Assembly: GCF_003918875.1 (NCBI RefSeq)
Contig: NW_025767168.1
Location: 806,001-870,000, forward strand
Direction of reading: 5' to 3'
Source: Haliotis rubra
Taxonomy: Eukaryota
DNA length: 64,000 nucleotides
A program made the position numbers and the translations under genes. A model generated the notes under the pieces. That model ran no database searches and was not told the origin of the DNA. It saw only the letters and a list, made by a program, of their open reading frames with translations. Shown one piece after another: positions 63,701-64,000 of this stretch (its first letter is position 1; every line of letters begins with the position of its first letter).

Positions 63701-64000
63701 GACATGTACACACAAGATTTGCAAATGTTGACGCATATTATGTCCATTCTGCAGTGAAAGTTTTGCTGATTGTTCGTGCAAACTTTTGCCATGGTATTTT
63801 ATCGAATGGAAAATGTAAAATATATTTCATTTGCAGAAAATGTTATTGTACCTGTACAAGCTCTGTGATAAAGTCTGACTTTGAAGTTGAGATGTCTCGT
63901 TTCTCTTTCGAGTGAGATCAACAAATGATAGAGTTTTGTAAGATATACTGTTTAAATTTAAATTATTTGATGGGTGTACGTTTTCACAGAATGACAGTCA

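Overview
This is eukaryotic (animal) genomic DNA. The repeat content suggests a gastropod mollusc, possibly abalone-like; that is an inference, not verified. The window is dominated by the 3' part of one + strand gene, the nonsense-mediated-decay factor SMG5 (EST1B). I can trace 18 GT-AG coding exons from 309 to the stop at 59198; the 5' exons lie upstream of the window. They cover the end of the 14-3-3-like/TPR region, the acidic linker, the helical region, the RRNQLMRDMAQLRLQ segment and the C-terminal PIN domain. As written, the frame breaks at three places (about 993-1010, 13491-13496 and 14869); these are most likely assembly indels. One intron is very large (15474-50294, 34.8 kb). The introns hold three short retroposon families, most copies sense to the gene and many with clear target-site duplications (TSDs). 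They also hold a deleted mariner, a TTAA-flanked piggyBac-like element, Helentron/HINE-like elements, MITEs, a LINE 3' fragment and two multi-kb minisatellites (22-bp and 36-bp units), both ending right at SMG5 splice acceptors. Part of the 22-bp array is enclosed by ~85-bp inverted repeats, forming a foldback element. There are two N gaps. I found no prokaryotic-type system, CRISPR array or genuine tRNA/rRNA gene.
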